64,000 nt of DNA from Eledone cirrhosa (GCA_964016885.1 OZ024742.1:208940001-209004000), one strand, 5' to 3'. Positions 39,156-52,787 are shown, numbered from the stretch's first letter. Made by a program: numbers and translations. Notes: generated by a model from the sequence alone, not told the origin.

Positions 39156-39407
39156 CTCCTACTACTACTACTACTAGTACTACTACTACTACTACTACTA
39201 TTAATGGTGTAATACTACCATTATTATTGGCAGTATCGGTAGAGGGTCGGACGCCATGCTTTGACGTATAGAATTACGGTCCTTGCCATTCTGAGTTCAA
39301 ATCCCGCCGAGGTTAACTTTGCCTTTCATCCTTACAGGTTCGATAAAATAAAGTACCAGTAATGCACTGGGTGATTGCTGGCTTTGTGCCAAACGTAGAA
39401 ACAATTG
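37650..39407 (+). mobile_element. Three SINE copies (37650-37860, 38250-38437, 39228-39407)
   Basis: A/B-box-like motifs and conserved body. A (CTA)n/(CTG)n tract at 39066-39200 precedes the last copy. Confidence 0.8.
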
Positions 39408-40859
39408 TTAATATTATCAAAACAACTTCTTAGACATCTCATAGGATAACATGAGACAAGACCAGTAACGTATTGGACCTGACAACTTGCGACTGAAATG
39501 CTAATGAATTGTAAAAACAATAATCCGAATACATCCTTCGGTTTCAAATCTGTTGACATTAGTTTTCTTCCGTCCATGGTAGAATTATTAATAAACTACA
39601 GTCTTACGGGCACGCATATCACAAACTAAAGAATCAATAACCTAAACTACTGATCTAGTCAAACCACGTTTGTAGGCATTTCATTTCATATATAATATTA
39701 ATGCCTTGATGATAGATATGAATCAAACAAATACTTATTTCATCCTTGCCCTACTTCTATATTTGAGACCATATTCTTCCGTAAGAAAATCAATAATTAT
39801 ACCAGCGTGGTATAAATATCTTTATTGGATACAAAGTAAGTAAAGAAATAGAAAATGACTGAGCACTTTATTGGAAAGTCTGTATGGACTTGGTTAGGGT
39901 ATAAGCCTAAAACAGAAATAAAAGAGGATAGACAAAGAAACAAAGAATAAATACTTATTTCCTGATCGTAATATTGTATCGATCTATGAACATATTAGAT
40001 GGGATTACTAGACCCAGGGGATAACATTAGGAAAACATAGAATAAACTAAAAACATGATGATGAGTAGGCGCATGATGAGGAAGGAATGATAATAAAACG
40101 GCGAGAGGAAAAGCAAAAGGAAGAGAAAGCAGCGAGTGGTAAAAAGAGAAACGGGAGTGCGAGGTGTAGGAAAAGGATGAGGAAAAGAAGAAGGAGGAGG
40201 AGGAGGAGGAGGAAGAGGAGGGGAAGAGGAAGAGGAGGAGAAGAAGGTGAAGGAGGAGGAGAGGAAGAAGATGAAGGAGGAGGAGTTGGAGAATAGAGAA
40301 GGAGGAAGGAAAAATCACAAGCGGAGGAAAGAAGATAATGAACGTGTAAGGAAATGCCGTATATGATGGTGAAAAATAAAAATAAAAATAAAATATATGA
40401 ACAAACATAACGTTATAACGAAAACCAGGAAAATGAAACGCAGCCGCAGCAACAATATCACCCCCAACAATAACAACAAGAAAAACAGGTTTCGCCAAAT
40501 ATTAGCAGAAGTTGAGAAAGAGATAACCACATCAGTGTCATTATCGCCCACACAACATGAACTGTAGCAATATAAAATTAATGGCATTACTAACAACAGA
40601 AACCACATCTCCATACAGATAATTATATGCAATGAACCAACGTTAAATCACCTTCATATTTATTCACATATACAAAGAAATAAATGGTGGCGAATAAGTA
40701 TGGAAAGAGCATCAAGGGATGAGAAATGAAGAAAATAAGAACCAAACGAAAATCAAGAAAGCAATTTCTGAAAAGGTTTTATTTTACGCGAAAACAACCT
40801 CCAATACTTATATGTAAGTATGCGTGTATGTAATCATGTTTGTACGCATTTATATATAT

Positions 40860-40891
<32 letters not shown>

Positions 40892-40992
40892 TTAATACAA
40901 TAACAGAGATAGCTTAACGCTAAACTCCGACTGGTAACCATCTCACTCAACAAACATTAGGTTATATGTTATTATAACCCAATTATATATAT

Positions 40993-41042
<50 letters not shown>

Positions 41043-41169
41043 CCGTCGGTGTCCTGACTCTTTTCCTATTACCGACTCTACTACCCTAAGTATCGAGTAC
41101 TCTGGTGCGCTATGGTCCACCTGGTATCTTACCACACCTTTTTTGTACACACAGACACACACAAACACA

Positions 41170-41265
<96 letters not shown>

Positions 41266-41277
41266 TATATATATGTG

Positions 41278-41311
<34 letters not shown>

Positions 41312-42049
41312 TGTGTGTGTGAGTGTGCACGTGTAAGTGTGTGTGATGTTCATCACGGATATATAATGGTGGGTGAATCGATAATACCATAATAGGTGAC
41401 AATAATACGATAGAAACTGCAATTCCCAAGAGGAACTTCCACATTATAGAAATATATATATTGTGGTTTGTTTCCTTCATATGTGATACAGAACAAAAAC
41501 AAACAATGAATGCTGCAGAAACACACACCCACACATCCATGCAAACATGTATATACACCCACAGAGGCATGCGCGGGCATATTTACTTACACACATATAC
41601 ATATATATATATATATATTGAGAGAAGAGAAGCCCTGGAAGAGAGGCAAAAATGAAAGAATGTTCTCACACATTTAAAGACATACGAACTTCTATAGGTT
41701 CAACGCCATTCTGTTGTAGCAAATCTGATGGATAATTGTAATGTGTAAATAGAGTGCCTAGTGGATAAATACATAAGTAAGAATACGATGACACACGCGT
41801 GGGTTTCCGATTGTCCGAGACAAAATTAGTAACCAGTTTGATGTACATAGTTCTGAAGAATACTGTATCAGTTGTAGAATAGGAAATTTCTATATATAAA
41901 TAAAGTGTCTTGAAGAATGATACATCCGAAGCAGTCGATGTCAATGTATTTTGAATACGGATTAGAATATTGTGTAACATCAATATTGTTCCGTATTTTG
42001 AGCTGTACAATAAAGTTTTCTGATTTAGGCTCATGGCCAACAATTTTGG

Positions 42050-42200
42050 AACAGGGGAAAGTCGATTAAAGTGACCCCAATGAGTTACTGTTATTTTATT
42101 TTATCGAACCCGTAAAGAGGAAATTCAAAGCTATCCTCGGTGGGTTTTGAATTCGGAACGTAAAGAGCCGCAAAATATGATGTCGGACGGTCTACTGATA
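42050..42200 (-). mobile_element. Old SINE copy
   Basis: ttttatcgaacccgtaaag...ttttgaattcggaacgtaaag is the decayed reverse complement of the SINE body. Confidence 0.6.
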
Positions 42201-42439
42201 CTGCAAATGTACCGTTCATATAATCTGTACAATAATGCAAGATGTTCTTGAATTATTCTGTACACTACACATACACACACACACACCCACACATACTCAC
42301 ACACACGCACGCCTGCACACACACACACACTCACACAGACGCTTACGCCTGTATGTCTGATTGCGTGTGTATATTGGTGTGTATAAACATCTATTACATG
42401 AACATACATCCTGAGAGGGAGTTCTTATCTCAGTAGTGA

Positions 42440-43835
42440 CTACTTGTCACACTCCTCCGTCCAAAAGGGTTAAAATCTGTCCAACTATTCTTTCCGGAGA
42501 CATTCTAACTCCATGCCAATAGTATCGGAGCTGTGATGTCTCAATTCCGAGTGACTCTCTGATCTCCGAGTTACATGCTCTATCGAGTATCGTTACTCCA
42601 AAGACCCTTTGGAGGAACACCATTTCGGCTGCTTGTATTCGCGATCTTATTCTATCCCTCATTATTCATGAACATAGGTTAGGGTTGGAACGAATACCAA
42701 ATTGAAGTTTGGCTGTTCTGCCTACCTCCCTTCTTCAGATTAATGAAGCCTTAAGATGGCGCATTACTGCACCAGGTCCTGAATTGCTTGTACTAAATTC
42801 AGCCTCGTGCCTTCCATCACTCGTGAACACAACCCCGATATACATGAACCTCTCTAGTTACTTCAGTTTAACTCCATTTGCATATAGGGTGCACTTCGCA
42901 GCCTTCATTGAGAATACGAGTATCTCAGTTTTCGCAGTACTGATTATCATTCCTACCGTGCAGCACTCTGGAAAGAACATGTCGAGTGAAAGTTGGAGAT
43001 CATCTGTCAAATTAAATTTGACCATGTGCTCTGCAAATTTTAAACCAAACAGTCATGATACCACTTCCAACCCGGTTGCGTACGTCAATGCTGTTCATGA
43101 AATTAATGTACAGAAGAGTTGACAGTACGCTCCCTTGGTGGAGTGCGACACCCACATTGAATGGTTTCCATTTAACACCATTTATCCGAACAGAAGTACT
43201 CGGGCATTCGTATAGAGATATCAAGACAACAAGAAGCTGGCCACCGATCCCATACTCCTGTAAAATCTTCCACAGTGGGTCTCGAGGAACGCGGCCATAT
43301 GCCTTCTGAAAGTCGGCAAAAAATGAATATAGCACTTGGCAATACTACCGCAATTTCTCGAAGACCTTTCGCAGTGCGTGTCTTTGGTGGGCTGTGCTGA
43401 GTTCGGGGTGAAAACCACATTGTTCATCAGCTAGCTTGGACTCATTAATTTCCCTCCATCACTTTTCCAGACATTTGTAGTCACTATAGATGTTACCGGC
43501 AAAGAATTCTCTCGCCCTCTCTCAAGAGAGGAGAGCCCTAGTCAAATTCGGGTGTGGTGTGGAGGAAGGCTTCTTATTACGAAGTAAGCGGATGGTCTGT
43601 CAGAACACTGTATTTGCTGATCCCAAGTCAGATTTCAGCTTAACCCCAAAGTCTTCCCATGTCTTCACTTTGGACGCCTTTACTGTCTCTGCTGTGATTC
43701 CCCGTGCCTCCGTGTACCGCATATGAGAGAAGGAGGACTTTTTTCCATGCCAAGATCTGTAAGCCTCTACATTTGCTCGGATGGTATCTTTGACTTCTTG
43801 ATTAAACCAAGGGGTCTTCATGCCAAATGACATGT
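42440..43835 (-). mobile_element. RTE-clade LINE RT region, decayed
   Basis: TPWFNQEVK, FADFQKAYGRVPRD, VALHQGSVLS, RIQAAEMVFLQRV. Confidence 0.88.
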
Positions 43836-44022
43836 GTTGTTTTCCAAATATAATTCCAAATATAATTTGTTAGAAGAACGGATATCAGCAATGAAAACAT
43901 CATATCTGTCTGTGCCGTTGTCTTTAGATTAGATTGTCCCAGAAGCATAAACTTATTCGTAACATGCTGTCTGAGGATGTAACGTGATCGGTTGCTAGGT
44001 TAAACTATCATATAGCTGGCAT

Positions 44023-44072
<50 letters not shown>

Positions 44073-44170
44073 GTGTGTGTGTGCGTGTGTGTGTGTGTGT
44101 GTGTATGTGCGTGTGCGTGTGTGTGTATGTGTGCGTGTGTGTATGTGTGTGTGTGTATGTGTGTGTGTGT

Positions 44171-44381
44171 ATATAGAGTTCGTTTTTCGAAAGAAATACG
44201 ATTTTGGGAAGCCGTAGCTATGCGAACACAGAGGAGCTAACGCCCTCTGGTGTTGTCCAGTAGAAGCATAGACGGCTGTGCCCCTTGTTTCTACTGGACA
44301 ACACCAGAGGGCGTTAGCTCCTCTGTGTTCGCATAGCTACGGCTTCCTACAATCGTATTTCTTTCGAAATACGAACTCTAT
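44171..44381. repeat. About 210-bp palindrome in TG/CA/TA microsatellite
   Basis: 44171-44268 is inverted to 44285-44381 with few mismatches and a 16-bp spacer. Flanked by (TG)n on the left and (CA)n on the right. Confidence 0.92.
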
Positions 44382-44436
44382 ATACACACACACATACACA
44401 CACACACACATATATATATATATATTTATATATAAA

Positions 44437-44513
<77 letters not shown>

Positions 44514-44524
44514 ATATATATATA

Positions 44525-44611
<87 letters not shown>

Positions 44612-44911
44612 TATCGGAGAAAGCTTTTTTGCGATACTCCGGCCAAATTCCAACTCACTCAACAAACATTAGGAAATAAGTGAGTATATTCCTAATTAAA
44701 CGTTCGGGGTGCTAACTAAATGTATTGTGTGGAAAATTGGATGTATTATTTCTTATGAGACATATCGAATATATCTCTTCCCAGACGGACGTCTCGTTTC
44801 ATTATAAGATTCCTACAATTTGGGTGAAATTATACCAATTTATGTAGGAGCTTGTATAAAATCAACAGATATATATATATATATATCAACAGATATATAT
44901 ATATATATATA

Positions 44912-45113
44912 TGTAAAAGGTAAACAGAAATAACAACACAATTGGTACAGTATATGGAAGGGATATATTAGGTTAACGCTTGATATAGCAAGAAGAGGGT
45001 CTTAACGTATCGGAAACTAGTACTTCATCAGAAGAAATCATGAGAAATAAGATAGATTGAGGGGACGGGCGGGTCTTAATTTGAAAAATTGTCTTTAGAT
45101 AAAAATAACAGGT

Positions 45114-45117
<4 letters not shown>
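44912..45117 (-). mobile_element. PLE terminal fragment with decayed hammerhead; related copy at about 63480-63670
   Basis: Minus strand CTGATGAagtactagtttccGATAC; at 63563-63595 CTGATAAaagtctagtgctcGAAACGTA. Both share ttaacgcttgatat and are TA-flanked. Confidence 0.55.
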
Positions 45118-45172
<55 letters not shown>

Positions 45173-45177
45173 GTAAT

Positions 45178-45310
45178 AATTGTTTCTACTTTTGGCACAA
45201 GGCCAGCAATTATCCAGTGTATTACTGGTACTTTATTTTATCGACCCCCATAAGGATGAAAGGCAAAGTTAACCTTGGCGGGATTTGAATTCAGAATGGC
45301 AAGGGCCGTA
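45178..45310 (-). mobile_element. tRNA-derived SINE
   Basis: Reverse complement of the B box and body. Confidence 0.88.
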
Positions 45311-45520
45311 TATATAGTAATAATAATTATTATTATGGACACTAAAATCCGAAAAGGTCTCGATAAGGATTATATGTATAAAATATATATATAAAGCCTG
45401 TAGAGAAAATATTATTTGTACAGATTAAAGTATAAGCAAAGAATCGCTGTTTTCACCCTTTTACGTAAAAGGGTCAAAGCACCGATTCTTTGCTTGAACT
45501 TTAATCTGTACAAATAAAAA
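45311..45520. mobile_element. Mini head-to-head palindrome of PLE family B 3' ends
   Basis: About 45412-45464 is inverted to 45465-45517 with no spacer (centre ttttacgtaaaa). The left arm continues as the reverse complement of the tail at 57875-57975. Confidence 0.85.
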
Positions 45521-45535
45521 AATATACATATATCC

Positions 45536-45585
<50 letters not shown>

Positions 45586-45736
45586 ATAAATGCTCTGAAA
45601 TAGCGATATATATGTGAATATAGACATAGAATATTCGAAAATACTCTGTATGTTTATAATAAACATTTTGAAGACCTAATCGCTATAGAATAATACGTCA
45701 CGTATTACAATTAGATTCTCGATAAAAGCAAGGGAA

Positions 45737-45779
45737 GTAATCTACGCGTTTCATTCTTGTTAGAAATCATCAGGACTAC
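45737..45779 (-). ncRNA. Type I hammerhead ribozyme (retrozyme copy; second left-arm copy at 46045-46087)
   Basis: Reverse complement of gtagtc-CTGATGA-tttct(aaca)agaat-GAAA-C(gc)G-TA-gattac. Confidence 0.88.
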
Positions 45780-46157
45780 ATATCCAGTGCTTTTATCGAG
45801 AATGACACAGCTAGAGACTTATAGAATACTTAGCTGTGTACAGGAACTGGTTTGAAAGAGCGGTTGCCGGTCCGGCAGAAATTAGAAATTGGAATAAATG
45901 CTCTGAAATAGCGATATATATGTGAATATAGACATAGAATATTCGAAAATACTCTGTATGTTTATAATAAACATTTTGAAGACCTAATCGCTATAGAATA
46001 ATACGTCACGTATTACAATTAGATTCTCGATAAAAGCAAGGGAAGTAATCTACGCGTTTCATTCTTGTTAGAAATCATCAGGACTACATATCCAGTGCTT
46101 TTATCGAGAATGACACAGCTAGAGACTTATAGAATACTTAGCTGTGTACAGGAATAT

Positions 46158-46200
46158 GTAGTCCTGATGATTTCTAACAAGAATGAAACGCGTAGATTAC
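46158..46200 (+). ncRNA. Type I hammerhead ribozyme (retrozyme copy)
   Basis: Stem I gtagtc/gattac, core CTGATGA/GAAA, U-U at 10.1/11.1, palindromic stem III ACGCGT, GUA site after 46194. Confidence 0.88.
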
Positions 46201-46441
46201 TTCCCTTGCTTTTATCGAGAATCTAATTGTAATACGTGACGTATTATTCTATAGCGATTAGGTCTTCAAAATGTTTATTATAAACATACAGAGTATTTTC
46301 GAATATTCTATGTCTATATTCACATATATATCGCTATTTCAGAGCATTTATTCCAATTTCTAATTTCTGCCGGACCGGCAACCGCTCTTTCAAACCAGTT
46401 CCTGTACACAGCTAAGTATTCTATAAGTCTCTAGCTGTGTC

Positions 46442-46530
46442 ATTCTCGATAAAAGCACTGGATATGTAGTCCTGATGATTTCTAACAAGAATGAAACGCG
46501 TAGATTACTTCCCTTGCTTTTATCGAGAAT
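46442..46530 (+). ncRNA. Type I hammerhead with extended stem I (core 46466-46508; further copy 46774-46816)
   Basis: A perfect 16-bp inverted repeat attctcgataaaagca/tgcttttatcgagaat encloses the core across an internal loop. Confidence 0.9.
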
Positions 46531-46936
46531 CTAATTGTAATACGTGACGTATTATTCTATAGCGATTAGGTCTTCAAAATGTTTATTATAAACATACAGA
46601 GTATTTTCGAATATTCTATGTCTATATTCACATATATATCGCTATTTCAGAGCATTTATTCCAATTTCTAATTTCTGCCGGACCGGCAACCGCTCTTTCA
46701 AACCAGTTCCTGTACACAGCTAAGTATTCTATAAGTCTCTAGCTGTGTCATTCTCGATAAAAGCACTGGATATGTAGTCCTGATGATTTCTAACAAGAAT
46801 GAAACGCGTAGATTACTTCCCTTGCTTTTATCGAGAATCTAATTGTAATACGTGACGTATTATTCTATAGCGATTAGGTCTTCAAAATGTTTATTATAAA
46901 CATACAGAGTATTTTCGAATATTCTATGTCTATATT

Positions 46937-46991
<55 letters not shown>

Positions 46992-46994
<3 letters not shown>

Positions 46995-47150
46995 CTATAT
47001 ATCTAAAACAGACCATGTCTGCCTGTCTGACTCCCTAAAACTCGAGAACCACCCAACCGATTTTTTAATGTAATACTTATGGTCCTGTAAGTGTTTTGAG
47101 CATATTTCAAATTTTCAATGCGCTAGGGACCGCATTAGGCAATTTAGCGA
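46992..47150 (+). mobile_element. Helitron/Helentron-type terminal fragment
   Basis: atctatatatctaaaac...gtctgcctgtctg...aactcgagaaccacccaaccgatttt pattern. Confidence 0.45.
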
Positions 47151-47271
47151 TCTCTCTCTATAATTCTTAGTCTTTCTTTTCAGATAGATATGTAGATATA
47201 ACGTTGCGCCCTTATAATATCTGTCTGTATGGCTAGATGTCTGCATTACGACGTTATGACGTCGCTATATA

Positions 47272-47331
<60 letters not shown>

Positions 47332-47337
47332 GTGTGT

Positions 47338-47624
<287 letters not shown>

Positions 47625-49793
47625 GGACAATGAGATATTCAAATATATAGAGTCGGTGTCTGTGTGTATATCTAATGATAACTCCTATAAACTATAATCC
47701 AAACTTTGCATGCGTTTATTGTCACGGGATATTTATTTCGTTACAGGGAACGTGCTTGTTGACATCTCCCATAAACTCAATTTGATGTCCTGGCTCTTTG
47801 TCGTTCTCTCGATCGGCACAGAAATTCGTATAAGAAAGATTATGTACTTTTCTGCTGAAATGTTTCTTTGCATATAGTGCAAACTTGACTTGATTTAGAT
47901 TAATTAGCAATCACACTAATATAGTATAGAGGTGTATATGAAGGCATATATGATGTGTTTGTGAATAAAGATCTATGCGGTAATCCAGTCCATTACAGAT
48001 GCGAGTTTCTATCTCAGCAGAGAGTTCTGTCAAATTATTTCTACAGTATTTCGCGTTTAGTATGCATACTCTGATTTTATCATACATTCTTTTAACCGTT
48101 GCATTATGTGTGTGTCTGTGTGTGTGTATGTGTGTGTGCGTATATGTGCGTGCGTGTGCGTGTGTCTTTCTGTGTATGTGTGTGTGTATATGCGCGCACA
48201 TGTGGGCGTTTTTGTAGAGGAAGGTTTAGGGATAACGACAGAAACAATGAGAAATGGGGGTGAGACACTCTAAGTAAATAGTCTTTTAAATTTCTGTTAC
48301 TGTGATAATAAATTTTGTTTAGTTTATTTGATATGACATTTTCTTAGCAGCATATTGCCACTGTGTTTTCACTCTCGGCCTGCTCTGTCTTAACTTTTAA
48401 GTATTTTGTAACTTTAGAAATGAATGCTTCAAAAACCTATTCAGTTTTTGGAAATGAATTATAGATAACATTTTTTTATCAGAAACGGTAACACATTGAA
48501 TATAATGCATGTGGTATTTGATTACGTCCATTTGCAGTCAATTGGCAAAGCATGGGCTAATGGTAAATAACTTCGCTTCGTAATCGTTGGATTCTGGTGT
48601 CAATCCCACCGTGTGAATATTATGCAAGTGTCATTTAACATAATCTTGGGTAGACTGAAATTGGGTAGATGGAAGATGTTTAGAAATCCATCAGATGGAT
48701 GTACTTGCAATTAAAAGAGCCATAAGTATTCAATGCTGATGAGCAGTTTGTAGAAATTTATTTTCCAGTGAGGTGACCATATGTGTCTTATAACATTTTA
48801 TGTAAGTCATGTTAATGTGTATATATTTATATATGTGTGTTCACTTTAAATACCGAAATGTTTAGGTGGGCTTCTTGCTGAGGAAGTGCTACAGCCAAAA
48901 TTGCGTAATATCTTCTGATATTAGCCAATTCTCTGCATCTAACATTTTTAATAACTCTCACTGACAGAATGCCACGCAGAAACGAGATCCATTCAGGAAT
49001 TTGATACGGAAGTATCATCATCAAAACACTGCCATTGTACTCACTAATTAACTATTGTGTGCACACTCTGAATGATATCTTGCACTTTCTCACTTGCAAG
49101 CTTATCTCATTGAGTGAGTGTGTAATGGCCGGATATCGCTGGAAGAAATTCGCTGACTTTCGTATGATGTATATATGTGTGAGTGTGTGTGTGTGTGAGC
49201 GAGAGGGGGGGTTTATTTAGTCATGTTTATTCATTACTGTTGCCAGCACCAGTATAAGCAATCAGTACTCCTGCCTATACGGGGTGATTCCAAATGAAAT
49301 TCTGTTTTTCGTACGAGATTAGAATATTTTGATTTAAATGTAGATGAAGAGGTCGATTCTAGAATCGGGTCTATCATATGGATTATGACCAAAAGCCGGT
49401 CATCAACGAATCATGATCACGTTTGATAATGAATAAAAAATTATGAATTGAACGTTCGTTCGCCCATAATTAATGTATATATATATATATATATGACTGC
49501 CAATATATATATATAGATATATGACTGCCAATACTGGAATTGAACAATCAAGAACGTAGCGGTGTGTCATATATCAAATCACATATTTTGTCTGATGAAG
49601 ACGTCCTGACAAAACAACACAGTACCTCTGAAATATATATAATAAAGTATATATTTTGATTATGAGAATATTTTTCATTTGTTAATATTTTGAAGAATAT
49701 TAAAAACTCCAGGAAAACTTTTCCAGTTGAGTGCTTCTAATCTATTGTAAGATTGTATTCAGTGAGTATTCAACGAACCATACTAATCTTTGG

Positions 49794-49856
<63 letters not shown>

Positions 49857-49861
<5 letters not shown>

Positions 49862-51029
49862 GAACATACAAGAGAGATAAACACAAATATAAACATACAT
49901 GTGTTCGAATTGTAAAGGATCAGGTTTGCTAGAGTGAACAATTACTAACTCCAACAATATGGTTTGCCGGACTTAATTTAAAGTAGTAACTCAAGAAAAA
50001 GAATAACAGACCTATATTGGGGAACTGCCTGAAAACACCTAGACAGTTATAGGAACTGTTGCACAAAATTGTATTAAGCGAAAGCATCAGCAACTCGCTG
50101 TTCATCAGTAGGTGTAAACATTAGCGAACCCTCCACTTCGATAATTCTTAGAGGATTGAATTGTGTGCGATATGAAATAACGCACATATCTTCGGAGCCT
50201 AGCTTGTCTCGAAAACCTATGCCGCTGAAAATAGCAGCCTGGTTAACACGACATTAAAATTAGCTCAATATGATAGAGAAGACAATCTTATACTGAGTTA
50301 GAAACTCAAAATAGTCTCTTACAATTAAATAGCTCTAAGAAAGTAATTTTTCTGAGCCGTGTAATATAATTGAACATACAAGAGAGCTAAACACAAATAT
50401 AAACATACATGTGTTCGAATTGTAAAGGACCAGGTTTGCTAGGGTGAAAAATACTAACTCCAACAATATGGTTTGCCAGACTTAATTTAAAGTAGTAACT
50501 CAAGAAAAAGAATAACAAACCTATATTGGGCCTGAAAACACCTAGACAGTTATAGAAACTGTTCCACAAAATTAGTATTTTTTCATCATGTTGAGCTAAT
50601 TTTAATGTCGTGTTAACCAGGCTTTTATTTTTAGCGGCATAGGTTTTCGAGACAATCTAGGCTCCGAAGACATATGCGTTATTTCATATCGCACACAATT
50701 CAGTCTTTTAAGATTTTTAGAATCGGAAGGATCGCTAATTTTTACACTTACTGATGACCAGAGAGTTGATGATGCCTTCGCTTAATACAATTTGGCAAAA
50801 CAGTTTCTATAACTGTCTAGGTGTTTTCAGGCAGTTGCCCAATATAAGTTTGTTATTATTTTTCTTGAGTTACTACTTTAAATTAAGTCCGGCAAACCAT
50901 ATTGTTGGAGTTAGTATTTTTTCACCCTAACAAACCTGGTCCTTTACAATTCGAACACATGTATGTTTATGTTTGTGTTTATCTCTCTTGTATGTTCAAT
51001 TCTATTACATGACTCAGAAAAACTTCTTT

Positions 51030-51032
<3 letters not shown>
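49857..51032. mobile_element. Three family C 3' ends: two on - (49857-50290, 50290-50578), one on + (50580-51032)
   Basis: Direct and inverted matches. Hammerheads with stem I acac(c/t)ta/taggtgt, stem III acagtt/aactgt and a GUC site, but a mutated GAAA. TA arrays on both sides. Confidence 0.85.
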
Positions 51033-51111
<79 letters not shown>

Positions 51112-51785
51112 GATAGATGCAGTTTTAAACTGGTTACACCATTACTCAACAGAATACTCGGTACTTTGGAGAGTAGAGTATGACTCTATTAGAAAGAGGC
51201 GTATGCCGACGGCTGAGCTCTTGCTATTTCAATAGTTCCGTGAAATCGGAACCTCAGCAGGCCGCCTGTAGAAGGAACCCCGCGAAGTGATACTTGCACC
51301 GGGTGTTGCTTTGCAGTTTTGTCCGCGGAGCGCAGCTGACACACCACCTCGCCCTAGGTATACGGCTTATCGCCCTCTCCCTTTCTTCCTTGGCCTAATT
51401 TTTTTCTTTTTCCCTCCTTTTACTCTCATTTATAGCATTTTTAGTACTTTCTTCTGCTTTCCTATACAGCCAGATCTGCCTTTGTTTATATCTTCTTCCC
51501 TCTTTTCATTACTTAAGTTTGTTTTTATCTTTGTTTTTTTTTCCTATTTCCATCATTTAAAAAATATTTCAGAGGTTATTCATATTCATATTCATATTCA
51601 TATTCATATGTGAAATAAAGTTGGTTTACTTTAAAACTGTCATCATGTGGTGACTGAGTTCTTTCGGCAGTCTGTTAAACTGCTTGAGGGCCCTAGAGGG
51701 AGGACTATTGCCGTACAGCGACGAACGGTGTACATGGTTATTATAGTCAGGGGAGTTGATATATTTGCATGGTAAATATATTTTA

Positions 51786-51833
<48 letters not shown>

Positions 51834-52787
51834 ATAAATGTGTGTGTGCGAGAGAACGTGTCGTGTGTGAGTGCGTGTGTGTGCGTGCTCTCTTCCGTTT
51901 TATATTCAAATTCGTTGCATACAATCCCACATTGTAGCCGAGTTCGCTAGTCAGAATCTTTGGCAGATTTTATTTTATTTGTAAAATACATGTTACGATT
52001 CTAATATGTCATTTAACAGTGGTCGACATTCACATTTCATTCTGATTATCAGTTAGAAATGTCCCCTTATATTGAGTATGAATGTATGAATGACACACAG
52101 TTACCAGTATAGCATTTGCTTTATACATGTGCGCAATTTCGTATTTACAACAGAATGATGCTAAATCATATAAGAGTGCTCGATTATATATATATAGTGT
52201 TTGACGGCTGATCACACGCCCTTTCAACGGCAGGTAGATAGCTAAATATTTTTTTAATTTTCAGCTATGTCCAAACACTATTTCATGGGGGGGGGGGGGG
52301 GTATCTGAAGCAAGTGGAGAAAATGGTGTAGTTGGGGGAGGAGGGTGGAAAGGTTATAGAGTGAACTATTGAGAGGGACTTTGACCAATAGTCGCGATTG
52401 ATCTGTCACAGTGACTGTGTCCATGTGTGCAGGCGCACTACAGGCACTTCCATGTATGTATTATTTCTCCCTCTTTGTTGTGTGTGCGTATGTAATCTGC
52501 GTCTGTATATACTTGTGTTGTTGTTTCGTTCGATATGTGATGCTCAATGGGTGGACATATCAAAAACTGAGAAGGAGGAATCCACACCAGATTGTTCACG
52601 TCAGGCACTTTACACAGTTACAAGAATAACATTTACTTTATACATGTGCACGGTATTATTTACTTTATACATGTGCACAGTATAAGTTGCTTTATACATG
52701 TGCACAATTTAAATTAATATTTACTAAAAACGATACTCAATAATATAAGAGTGCTCAATTATTATTATTATTATTAAATTAAACGAA

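Larger units (their letters stand above)
45581..46947. mobile_element. Candidate non-LTR retrozyme: 308-bp tandem units each with a hammerhead, in two inverted arms
   Basis: Period 308 (45581/45889; 46155/46463/46771). Left arm about 1.9 units, sense on -; right arm about 2.6 units, sense on +. Units look identical, non-coding, with TA arrays on both sides. Confidence 0.9.

Noticed and set aside
45581-46947. CRISPR array or simple satellite interpretation of the tandem units
   Set aside because: There are no unique spacers, the context is eukaryotic, and each unit carries a hammerhead.
49590-49640. CTGATGAAG...GAAA motif followed by AATAAA
   Set aside because: Stems are too decayed to support a ribozyme call.
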